NCBI GenBank assembly: GCA_973895155.1
Contig: OZ316894.1
Location: forward strand, 8,456,234-8,520,233
Reading direction: 5' to 3'
Length of the DNA stretch: 64,000 nt
Source: Marsupella aquatica
Lineage: Eukaryota > Plantae > Marchantiophyta
The notes beneath the pieces were generated by a model. That model did not search any database, was not told where the DNA came from, and worked only from the letters and a program-made list of their open reading frames with translations. Positions 36,501 through 46,740 of the stretch are shown piece after piece. Within the stretch, counting starts at the first letter, position 1. Each line of letters opens with the position of its first letter. The position numbers were made by a program, and so were the translations under genes.

Positions 36501-37294
36501 CCAAGCGTGCTATCCACTCCACGTTGATAATTGAGGAGTACATCTTAATTCATTGGCAAGTAAAGTCTCATCCACTAAGATCTTTCTCTGGATTCAATAA
36601 TGATTGTAACATTGCGGTTATCACTGCAATTTACAAGGACCATAGGGCCCAACGCAACTATCTTCTTGTCGTTCATTGTCTCAGCAGTGATTGCCTTGAT
36701 ACAAATCATCGACAAGTCATTCTCCATGATCCCTACTTCAAGTGCCCACAAAAATCCGGCCTTATCTTGTCCAGGGAAAATAAAGTCCTTGACATCCTCG
36801 TCCATAATATTTAACTCTAGGGATCCAAGTTGTTCTCTTGGCAAAACAAATTGAAACGAAACACATTAAAGCAAGAGATCTTGTGTGTCACCTCGCCCCT
36901 AGAGCGAGCTGGAGACAAGGTCTGCATCTGTTAGACAAAGTTTGAAACTAACATGTGGGTTGGGTCGCTCCTGGAGCGACCCTAGGAAAACTTAAATCAA
37001 GGTCCAACCAACAACAAAGTTGGGTCGCTCTTGGAGCGACCCATGACAAATTTGAGGCAAGATAGGGTCGCTCTAAGAGCGACCCTTCGAAGACTAACTA
37101 GCATCAATTGTTGAATAATACTTACATGGAATTGTGATATGAAATCCCTTTGAGGCGGCCAAAGCGGATTCCACTGACAGCTTTAGTAAAGTGTCTTGAG
37201 AATCATACTCAAAGATTTTACTAGAATCAAAGTTCAGGGACTGCCTAGAACTAGAAGTGCTAGTAGAATCATCAGAACTAGAGGAAGTGGCCAT
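33559..37294 (-). pseudogene. Large fragmented gene: ParB-like N-terminal remnant, degenerate beta-class methyltransferase fold and low-complexity tail
   Basis: EIPVKCI...YRMFNQAHALEIAKSM (ParB-like start); LAIVDFS at the motif IV position; manual translation of 34500-34690 gives FVNPHAKPRHMLKNII..(frameshift)GEIVLNFFSGG (motif I-like), matching IVNPYQKP in element A. Confidence 0.6.
36890..37087. repeat. Palindrome cluster GGGTCGCTC-N3-GAGCGACCC
   Basis: Three copies at ~36962, 37022, 37065, plus CTCGCCCCTAGAGCGAG at ~36892, lying between coding segments (probable intron). Confidence 0.85.
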
Positions 37295-38540
37295 TGAAAA
37301 ATGCCTGACAAACGTTTAGATGACACGTGGCAGCCTAGGATACAAGAACGCCTATAGTTGGACCACACCACGAAGCGAGGCTACAGAGCGAGGAAAAAAA
37401 TCTACTATGAGTGAGGCAAAATCTATAGAGCGAGGCAAGAAAATCTACTATGAGCGAGGCAAGGAGGAGGGAAACCAGGGCAGCCGGGCAAGAAGACGAT
37501 GGAGGAGGAGATGGATGCAAGAAGACAATGAGGCAAATGAGATACTGTCTTTGCCTTTTGCCTTCCTATACCCTCATTGCCACGGCCGATCGTACCTTCG
37601 ACCCCCAGCCACGGCCGATCGTACCTTTGCCTTACACAACCCTGCCACTTGCTCCCTTCCACGTGCCTGTGAACTCGCAACCCTCATAATGACCTAGTTG
37701 TACGGGTATCCATAGATTTTGAATAATGATGTGGTCGTACGGGTGTCCACAAAATGCCAATCAGAGTAATCAGACTTTCAGCCGCTCAATGTTGTGAACC
37801 CCTGAGAAACTTGGCTAAAGCCTGCTCACAAATGGTATAAAGCTCTATAGTTCCAATCATTTCTCTCTTTTGTATGGCGCGTGCGTTTCTGGTCATTGCT
37901 CACTCTCGGTCTCGCCCTTCGGCCCTTGTCTATCTTGCTTCTATTCGATGACTGACTCGACTGACTTGGACATTTATGGTTACAAGAGTTTGTGCAAGGA
38001 AAGTCCTGTTTCAAGTACATTGCATTAGTTTTGGTGTCCTTGGTTGGCGACACGCCTTCTACAATCCTTAAGAGAGGTATTACTTCATCTACCATTCTCT
38101 TAATTTCTTGACAATGATATCCACCAAATATTTGGCCCTAGCTTTATCTTAATATATGGACCAAACTAAGCCCTAGATAATGTAGGGTTCCTAATTACAC
38201 ACTCGTCTACCCACATGTCTACACACTTCAATGGTCTAATTTAGCTTAATCATTCCCATGATTTATTCATTTCCATATTTTCTCTTTTCCTTCACAATTC
38301 TTGCTTCTCCAGGAGTGTGCTCGTCTTTTCTTGCTCTCCCCTTGCCTCGCTCCAAGAGCGTCATACACTTACCTTTCATCAGGAGCATCCTGCCCTTTCT
38401 TTTCTCCAAGGGCATCCGCCCTCCATTGCCTCGCCCCTGGAGCGTCCCTCCATCGCCTCGCCCCTAGAGCATTGTCTCGGGGGAAAAATGTGGTTCTTGA
38501 GGAAGCACCGGGCCTATGGCTGCTAGTGTCAAGAGAGAAC

Positions 38541-38750
38541 TTAAGTTAAGATCATGATTACTATTCTAGACTGGGTAGCAGACACCACAAGGAACGGTTC
38601 CGTGGATGAAAGCAAAACATCATAACCCTTTTCTCCATACCTACGGACTATTGCCTCCTTGGCAGCTACCTTGGGTCGAGTTACAAAACGAATATCTCCC
38701 AACGAGAAAGAAACAGGAGGCTCATCGGAGGGAGGTTTGTTGAGATTCAT
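38541..38750 (-). CDS. Small protein B (69 aa) of element B
   Basis: Homologous to 14938-15144; intact frame. Confidence 0.8.
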   Translation of the reverse strand: MNLNKPPSDEPPVSFSLGDIRFVTRPKVAAKEAIVRRYGEKGYDVLLSSTEPFLVVSATQSRIVIMILT

Positions 38751-38751
38751 C

Positions 38752-38985
38752 TCAATACAAGATAAAAATTGTGCAAGCCCAATCCTGCCCGTAAACTACA
38801 TAAGGGTATACAATTGGCTCTATTGAATTTAATACCGCAGTTGCAAATGCTTCTCCAAAGTGAAAAGTCATATGCTGGCACATTATCTCTTTTTGGAGTA
38901 CATGAATTCTAATAAGGAAAGGATTAGGGAGAGGAAGAATAGGTACTGGTCTGGGCATTATCGTACTATCAAATATTCCATCCAA
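38752..38985 (-). CDS. Small protein A of element B
   Basis: Homologous to 15149-15364; its stop lies 1 nt before the ATG of protein B. Confidence 0.8.
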   Translation of the reverse strand: MDGIFDSTIMPRPVPILPLPNPFLIRIHVLQKEIMCQHMTFHFGEAFATAVLNSIEPIVYPYVVYGQDWACTIFILY

Positions 38986-39132
38986 CTAATTTTCATTCTA
39001 ATGACAAGAGATAGAATCATTCAACAAAAAAATCATTCATTTCAAACAAATATCATGCATTGAGTTAACTCTAAGTATATACATGCATATATTTATCTTA
39101 ATAGGTTGATCTTCTCTTGAATGAAAATACTA

Positions 39133-39395
39133 TCTGAAGGTCCAACTCATACAAAATACCTCTGGCCGAGCCGAAGCTCTAAGCAAGAGTGCATGAGTGG
39201 GTCTACTTCATAAGGATTTCACCCAAAAGGGAGCATATGATGTCAAGGCATTGTTGAGCACTTTCCAACTCTTTAGAACTTAATAACCATCTCCTATCAA
39301 ATGACAACAGTTTCTGAAGGTCCGACTCATACAAAATATCCCTGGCCGAGCCGAAGCTCTAAGCAAGAGTGCATGAGTGGGTCTACTTCATAAGG
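39133..39395. repeat. Two ~83-bp direct repeats 180 bp apart, each a long stem-loop
   Basis: TCTGAAGGTCC...CTACTTCATAAGG at 39133 and 39313. Confidence 0.85.
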
Positions 39396-39614
39396 GTTAT
39401 ATTCATAGAAGAGATCATCAAGTCCAATGGATTTTTAAGACTTCACAACTTAGTTGATGAAAAATGGGGAGTGAAGGGAGAGAGCCCCTCTCCTCTTTAT
39501 TTATAGTGCTCACACCTCAAGCACACGGATCAAGCATGGTACACGGATGGAAGCCATGTGTCACACATCCAAGGCAAGTAAGTGTGCTAGTACTGTAGTT
39601 ACGTGAGTGGAGCA

Positions 39615-39960
39615 ACTGTAGACAGTACACTGTAGCATGCACACTATAGATAGTACACTATAGCATGCATACTGTAGATCGTACATTGTAACATGCACAC
39701 TGTAGATCGTACACTATAGCATGCACACTATAGATCATACACTGTAGCATGTACACTGTAGCATGCACACTATAGATCGTATACTGTAGCATGTACACTG
39801 TAGCATGCACACTGTAGATCGTACACTGTAGCATGCACACTATAGGTCTTGCAGTGTAGCATGCACATTGTAGATCGAACAATATAGCATGCATACTGTA
39901 GACCGTGTACTGTAGCATGCACACTGTAGGTTGTGCACTGTAGCATGCACACTAAAGACT
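39615..39960. repeat. 14/28-bp minisatellite (ACTGTAGCATGCAC / ACTGTAGATCGTAC)
   Basis: More than 20 tandem 14-mers. Confidence 0.92.
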
Positions 39961-40049
39961 GCATATGCGAGAATTTAAACTACTATCCTATACTACTAAG
40001 CTATACTTAGGAGGAACTTACTAAACAAAGAATCCCCACGACAGCGTCT

Positions 40050-40300
40050 CTCCATCGCCTTGCCCCTAGAGCGTCCCTCAATCGCCTCGCCCCTAGAGCA
40101 TCCCTCCATCGCCTCGCCCCTAGAGCGTCCTCTATCGCCTCGCCCCTAGAGCGTCCCTCCATCGCCTCGCCCCTAGAGCATCCCTCCATTGCCTCGCCCC
40201 TAGAGCGTCCCTCAATCACCTCCATCGCCTCGCCCCTAGAGCGTCCCTCAATGGCCTCGCCCCTAGAGCGTTGTAACCTTGCCTCGCTCCAAGAGCGTTC
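40050..40300. repeat. 26-bp tandem repeat ATCGCCTCGCCCCTAGAGCGTCCCTC
   Basis: About 9 copies; the same motif recurs at ~38340-38470 and, inverted, at ~37370-37460. Confidence 0.92.
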
Positions 40301-40479
40301 CTAACCTTAGAATCTTGTTGTGTAATGCCAATACACATAAACTCCCAAATATTTTTTTTTCCTTTCAATAGAATTCAAATGTTTAGATCTAAAATTGTAA
40401 TATAGAGTAGTGCTTATCAGTATGCACATCAGCTGAACAAGTTTTAAATGTTTTTGGATGTAGAGATCCTTTCGCTACC

Positions 40480-43400
40480 ATGAGTAAATTTATGCGAGGG
40501 GATGAAGTTTCATTGATAATTGATGGTTTTGAAGTGGCAATTGGGACCATCCAAAAGGTTGATCCCAAAGACACTATACACAATATTTGTCTTGGGAAAA
40601 TCGAATAGGGATCCTTATCAAGAGGTGTTTTGAAACATCTTTTCCACTACCATTTCCATCCAAAACATCATCGAGCCTAGGTGATGCAGTTGACTCGTGT
40701 ATGATCTGGGCTTCTTCCTTGGCATATTTGAGGTCTTCAACATTGCCAAAAAGAACCATTGTGGATGGTGTTCCTACTCCAGTGGACGGGGATGAAGGAT
40801 GTTCCGAAATGGACGTTGGTGGTAAAGGAGGCAACCTTGCTGAAGGAGAGGAGGTTGAGATGTTCATTTAAGATGAACTTGTATCAAAAGGAGTTGTCTT
40901 CAATACCAATCCAATGGACACTTGTCATAGTGAACGACTCGGTGTTGGCCGTGTCAGTATACAAATATCAGAGGTTGTTCAGGGAAATAGAAAATTACCG
41001 TATCCGCATCCTGGAGCTGACATAGTGCAAGAGGCAATGCAGACTTGGGTAATGTGGGATGTTGCTGATGTTTCAAGAAAAGGCTATATTTGAGGTTCTG
41101 GTGTGTTTGTTGGTGCAAACCCGGGTGCAAACCTGTTTAAGGATCTTCCATTGAAAGATTTTACAGTGCGTTCCAACTGGATGGCAGAGGAAGTTGACTT
41201 GTATGATGTTTCTCGTTGTCGTAAGGTTGCGAAAGGGTTTATCACAGTTCCTTTTGAAGCAGGTGCTGTTGATGATGAACTTCTTGGTCCAGAGCATGTG
41301 GATGTAGCTGTTGTGAATATCAACGATCCCGCATTATTTCCGAATATCCGTGCTGGTACTCCAGGTTTGGTGAGGTGGGAAATCAAATCTTTGTTGTTGA
41401 TTTCATCTCAAATGTTTCTTGGGGATATCCTTGAGAAAGGTTCACATGTGTGGATGGAATCGGGTCGAAATGAGAGCGACCCGGATTTGGATGGTGATGG
41501 GAAACCTCCAAAAAGACCATATAATTTCATTAGGAGGACCAAAGTGGATCTGGAGGAGAAAAAAAACATTTGCAATCAAGGGCGCTTTTGAAAATCACCG
41601 AGGAGTCCATTGATTCCATCCAAAGAGAAGGTTGTTGCAGGTTAAAGTGTTGCTTGAACATGCCAAGAGAGGACTTGGAGGCAATGAGGAGGGAATTACA
41701 TGGAATGTCAAGTGACAACAAAACAAGTCATATCTTCAGTCTTTTTGGGTGTAGAGAAGACCAAGTCAAGAGAAAAGGATTTTTTGTTCTAAAGGGACGT
41801 GTGGTTTGTAAGGATGCGTTCATAAAAATGCATGGGTTTAGTACGACAAAGTATTATGATTACAAAAATCAGTACGAAGCTGGGTGCACAGTTGGTTTCC
41901 ATGGAAATCAAGGGCAACATAAGACACGATCAAGCACCTTGCATGCTCGTGCATTGTTGGAGTCCATTTTAATCCAAAATGGAGAACCAATGCCACATCT
42001 TCCCTATGGTGGGTCCAACGGCACCGATACTGTCGAATATCGACTCCCATCATGTTTCACTAAGAAGGAGATTTTTCAAGAGGTATTTGCAAAGATGGAA
42101 TTGGACGGCTACGCTAAGGTTACTGAAGTTACTATGTACAACATCTGGAAAACTTCTTTTGATAATTTTGACTTTCACAAGGGCAGTGCATTTTCCAAGT
42201 GCACATTTTGCACTGAGTTCAAAGATCAATTGATGCGGGAGAAGAGGAAAAAAGAGCGTGTAGAGATTGAAGAGGAAAGAGCACGACATCTTCGTGAACA
42301 AATGTCAAGGAAATATGTTTACTATGCTCATAGGGTTCTTGCAAAGAAGGATCCTCAAAACTATCTTTGCATTATTCATGATAAGATGGACCAAGCCAAG
42401 ACTTGGATCCCCAGATTGGTCCCCATTGACTCCAAAATCTCTCTCTGGTAGTGGTCAACCTCTGCCCATTGCTCTTACTGGGATGTTAACCCATGGAAGG
42501 GATCCAGGAGTGTATGCACACTTTAGTTTGACTGGCCTTTGGCCTGGAGATGCAGACTTCACTGTGACATCTTTGACCAAATGCCTTCGAGATTTGGAGG
42601 ATTACACTGGAGACATGCTTGAAGCTTTCAATTGGAACGCAACTAGGCCAATATTTCAGTCTCTTTTAGACTTTGAAGCATTTCAAGCGGGTTACTTGGA
42701 ACCCAAAAATATTTCAATTCTCAAGTTTCAAGGCCTTGATGACGGTCAGGAGAGCCAAAAAACCAGCACAACTGACCAATGTAGGTTCTAGAGTTGATCC
42801 TGAGACTACGAGCTCTTTCAAGCCCTTACCAAGGCACCTAACACTGCAGATGGACAATTCAGGAAAAGATAATAAAAATCAATATGTGATGGCATTTTGC
42901 AGCGAGCTTGTTAGTAGGGGGTGTTTGAAACTGTGCAAATGTCATTCCTCATGGGCCCGGGGTCCTCACTTCTTTTCTTCCAACCCATCACGCACGAATA
43001 AGTATAGGGTTTTTTTATTGGGTTTAGTGAAATACTTTTAAATTTTTGTTGAAGAACATTAGGGTTATTTTAATCCAATTTTCAGAATTATAAGAATCAT
43101 AGGGTTTTTTAAAATCAAATATGGGAATATTCTTGGAATATTCCATTAAGTTAGGGGTAAAACAATTCCTAAAAAAAACTTTATTGACTTAACTTTTAGG
43201 GTGTTTATTCCCCCAAAACTTCGAGCGTGATATGGGACACCCCTTGGATTGAGGCCCCCGAGCTCATGGGTGGCCACACCCATGAGGATGTGGATGCACT
43301 ATTTTCTCAAGTATCCAAACAGGTCAGGTACAAAGAGGTTGCTACCCTCCTTGCGTTGATGGCTGAGGTTTGGGAGTGTGAAAGCATCCATCCCGTGCCA

Positions 43401-43483
43401 CGATTGATTCAGGAGGTTGCATCTTACAAGCAGTATTTGAAGACTTTCCAAGTGAAAGAGATTGAAGGTCACTCAAAACCAGT
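40480..43483 (+). pseudogene. Sola-like (DUF7869-type) transposase of element B, frameshifted and interrupted by insertions
   Basis: CCRLKC, VCKDAF, FSKCTFC; IIHDKMDQAKT (D1), LQMDNSGKDNKN (D2), FLM.GHTHEDVDALFS (D3). Confidence 0.85.
42956..43262. mobile_element. 307-bp MITE with 8-bp TSD (hAT-like)
   Basis: TSD CTCATGGG at 42948-42955 and 43263-43270; 13-bp termini CCCGGGGTCCTCA / rc CTCGGGGGCCTCA (11/13); AT-rich interior. Confidence 0.85.
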
Positions 43484-46400
43484 TGTGAGATAAGGATGTT
43501 TATGAAAGAAGGGTTAACAAACCATAAATTTTAGAATTTTTACGTTTAAGATCTCAAATGAGGTTGAAAAGGGACCTGAAGACTACTTTGAAGTGTTATG
43601 AGACTTTCAAGCCCATCTGAGGTCAACCCGGATTGATATTAGAGAAGGAGGATCGACCCGGAACTTTTTACTATAAGCCTTGAATGAGATATAAAGCTTA
43701 TACTGAGACTCTACTCAACAACAGCTGTCCATTGCCAAAGTTTTTAAAACCATAAGTCAAACACAGGCACGACCACAGCAGAATCCGGATATAAGGAAGG
43801 AGAGTCGATCCGGCCTCTCACACCTCTCAAAGCCGAACTTAGTAGGTTTTGAGCTCCCGAGCGCATTAGGCTGTTTAAGTAGTAGAGTGAGGAGGCTCTA
43901 CCCTTTTGGTAGAGGATCTTGGGTCCGGATTATAGGACCAATCTTGCATTGCATGATGAGAGCCTGGATATGAGGGTACTGACTGATTCGTTGTGAGGGG
44001 AATGCCTACTCCACCGCTGGAAGTGAAGGCAGGAAGTTTGAGATCCTGATCGTGGATACATCGGTTGTGAGAAGGGAGGCCAGGTCGACCCGGACATCAC
44101 CATTGCAGGCCCGATTGAGTCCAGCTTTTCCCCATGTTAGATGACCCTGCATTGTGGTTGACAAAATCTTGATGCAATTCTTCCGAAACGATTTTCAGTT
44201 GATCAAAAACGATGCAGCCAGGTCGACCCGAACATTTCTACCATTGGTCGACACCGAAGTGATTGAATATTCTGAAGTCGCATCATTGTAGAGCTTGCCG
44301 TAGAGGAGGCAGAACATTTACCAGAAATCAATTTTCTGCTTCCAGAAATCCTATGGAGCAAGGGGCGGATCCAACCGGAATGTCCACTTCTCGCGTCTCT
44401 AAGGGGCATTCAACCTCAACATCACCTGCACCTACTCCGGTTAAAGCCCCTGTGAGACGATCGAAGAGAAAGGAGGTCCCTATTGCCATGAAAATTCTGA
44501 GGCCAGCTATTCCGGACAATGAAGCTGAGAAGGTCAAACTGAGGGAGTCTTTGCTCAGGATGGGCTGTGAGTCTTTGATGGAGCTACCCTGGAGTTATCA
44601 GAGCAAAGATATGATCAGAGAGATCCGATCCAAGAAGTGTCCGGCTGAGTTTAAGGATACCTCCAGAGGCCGACCTGAGCGATAGACTCAGATGATGATT
44701 GCAGGAGCTTTTGTATTGGAAGATGAAGGAGAAGGTCCAGTGGGGAGAGCTGTCAACCTAATCCTTCCTTACTTCAAAGGAGCCATCAACAGTAAGGACG
44801 GGTTCAATGTTTCTAAGTGTTTGGATCCTGATCTGAGACGAGTCTTCAGCTTTCTGCTACCCCTGCTGTACCCTGAGAAGCCAAGAAGAGTTACTGTTGG
44901 AGTTGGCTCTACCATTGTTGCTGCTTACAAGGGAGAAAGAAAAGTCAACTGGGCTAAGCTTATCTTTGATTTGATAAGGAAGTTGGTACAGAACCTATCC
45001 AACAAGAGTCCTACTCCCCTCTCCTGCTACCTGGTACATCTATATAGCTTTGAAGGAGTTTTGTTCAGAGAGGAGAAGAAATTACTATTGGCCAAGTTCA
45101 ACTTCATAAAGTATGGAGAGACAGATCCAGATATCACCCAGGCCACCTCTGATGACAGTGAGGATGAGGAACCAGCAGAGACAAATCCTCGAAAGACCCG
45201 GTCTGCTGCCCGGAACCTCGACCCGGACTTTGCCGACCCAGCCTTTGTCGACCCGGCTGAATTTCCGGATGCACCCGGCCATGCCTCCCTAGACACCCTA
45301 GCTGATTTCCAGATCATCTCAGACACATTCCAGAAGGTGAAGAGGAAGACCACTCTGATGGAGAAGGCCATCACTGATATTTCTCAGAAGTTAGGAGTGA
45401 AACCAAGGCAGATTCTTGAGAAGATCTCCACCATGAGTGATGCCACAGATAAGAGGAAGTTAGAAAAGGAGAATGAGTTCCTCAAGAAGAAGGTATTTGA
45501 ACTCAAACAGCAGTTGGAAAGGAGTAAGAAGAAGAATGAGCTTGAGCATACTCTCCAACTCAGTATCACTCAATCTTTGGATCTGATTGAGCCTTTGACT
45601 AAGATAGCTTCTCTGGATCTTCTTAAGGCCCAAATTTATGATGAGTATTTGGCCAAGAACACCACACCCATCCTTTTCTCCAAGATTAACCATTTAGTGG
45701 TAGATGTGAGTACCAAGGTGGATGATGCACTTACAGGCCTCTCAAAGACCTGTGAAGCCTTAAGGGAGATGAGTGACTTGACTACAGAGGAGCTATTAGC
45801 TGATACTGAGATTCCTGCCTTTACTACCAGATCTTTCTCTCCTAGTCCTCATGAAGGAGTCTATTCCACTGGCCCCTCATCACCCCTCAACCCTCCTGGT
45901 TTCCCCACTCCCAGTACACACTTCCACTCCCATTCTTACACTTATTCTCATGACCCAAGTGCCCATCAGGAGAACATGGATATTGACCTGTCCATCCCTT
46001 TTACCACTGGCCAGCAGGGAGTTTTCCTTCAACCAGAACCCCTTGCCATGGCTAACCCTGAGGAGGTTCCTTCCCAAAAGCCAGGACCAGAATAGAGTTA
46101 TATTTAGAGAGTTAGAGCCACATTAGTTTAGACTTAGAAATAGCTATATAGATTAGTATATGAGTAAGTAGACTCCAGTATTTTGTTGATGTATCCATTG
46201 GAGACTCTACTCCATTTTTGACTAGGATAGTTCACTTTTATTTACATATTTCTTTAGACTTGGGTTTTGAAGAGGCATGTCTTCTAAATTCAAGAGATGG
46301 AGAAGAGTTGCTACGAGAAATCAAAAATCATAGAAAATGTTGATTTCTGAATCTTAAATTAGGCCATAATCCTTATTGAAGGAGTGGTGATGGTCAAAAA

Positions 46401-46740
46401 TTCAATTCCCTTGCACTTTGAAAACTCCTATCTACTCTCCCTCTAGTTTCAATCTTTATTAATTCTAGTCTTTATTATTGCACTGTGAATCCTAAGGATT
46501 ACCCACTTGAGTTGTGGTTAAACACTTATGTTAAGGAGATCATTAGAAATCTCTCCAACCTAAGAATGTTGGTGTAAACTTCTCAAATCGTGTTAATTAG
46601 GTCTTTTCGATCTTATCCACTCCTAACGGGAACGAAATCGAGTTGTTAAGGAGTAAATAGTCATTTATTTCTTTATCACCTTGCTACATATTACACTCTT
46701 TTTGGCGCCGCTGCCGGGGAGTAACTGAGATCGGGAGACC
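43484..46740 (+). mobile_element. LTR-like segment (43484-46695) and PBS of a third Gypsy element; internal region missing
   Basis: TGTGAGA starts where transposase similarity ends; ends ATTACA; PBS TGGCGCCGCTGCCGGGGA at 46703-46720 (Athila-like PBS sequence). Confidence 0.72.
44353..46095 (+). pseudogene. Retroelement accessory ORF (plant-mobile-domain-like region and coiled coil), one in-frame stop
   Basis: ORFs 44263 and 44692 are in one frame. MGCESLMELPW...KDGF..SKC....RRVFSFLLPLLYPEKP...RKVNWAKLI; distantly similar to 19700-20150. Confidence 0.7.

Larger units (their letters stand above)
32100..43483. mobile_element. Second, diverged Sola-like cargo transposon (element B), ends unresolved
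   Basis: Same transposase family, ParB/MTase-like gene, small-ORF pair and promoter motifs as element A. No TIR identified; right part lost beyond an LTR insertion. Confidence 0.7.

Noticed and set aside
37790-38200. Possible solo LTR within element B
   Set aside because: TG...CA candidates lack a matching TSD
39133-39215. Possible self-cleaving ribozyme
   Set aside because: No hammerhead CUGANGA/GAAA core or clear HDV-like pseudoknot identified by eye
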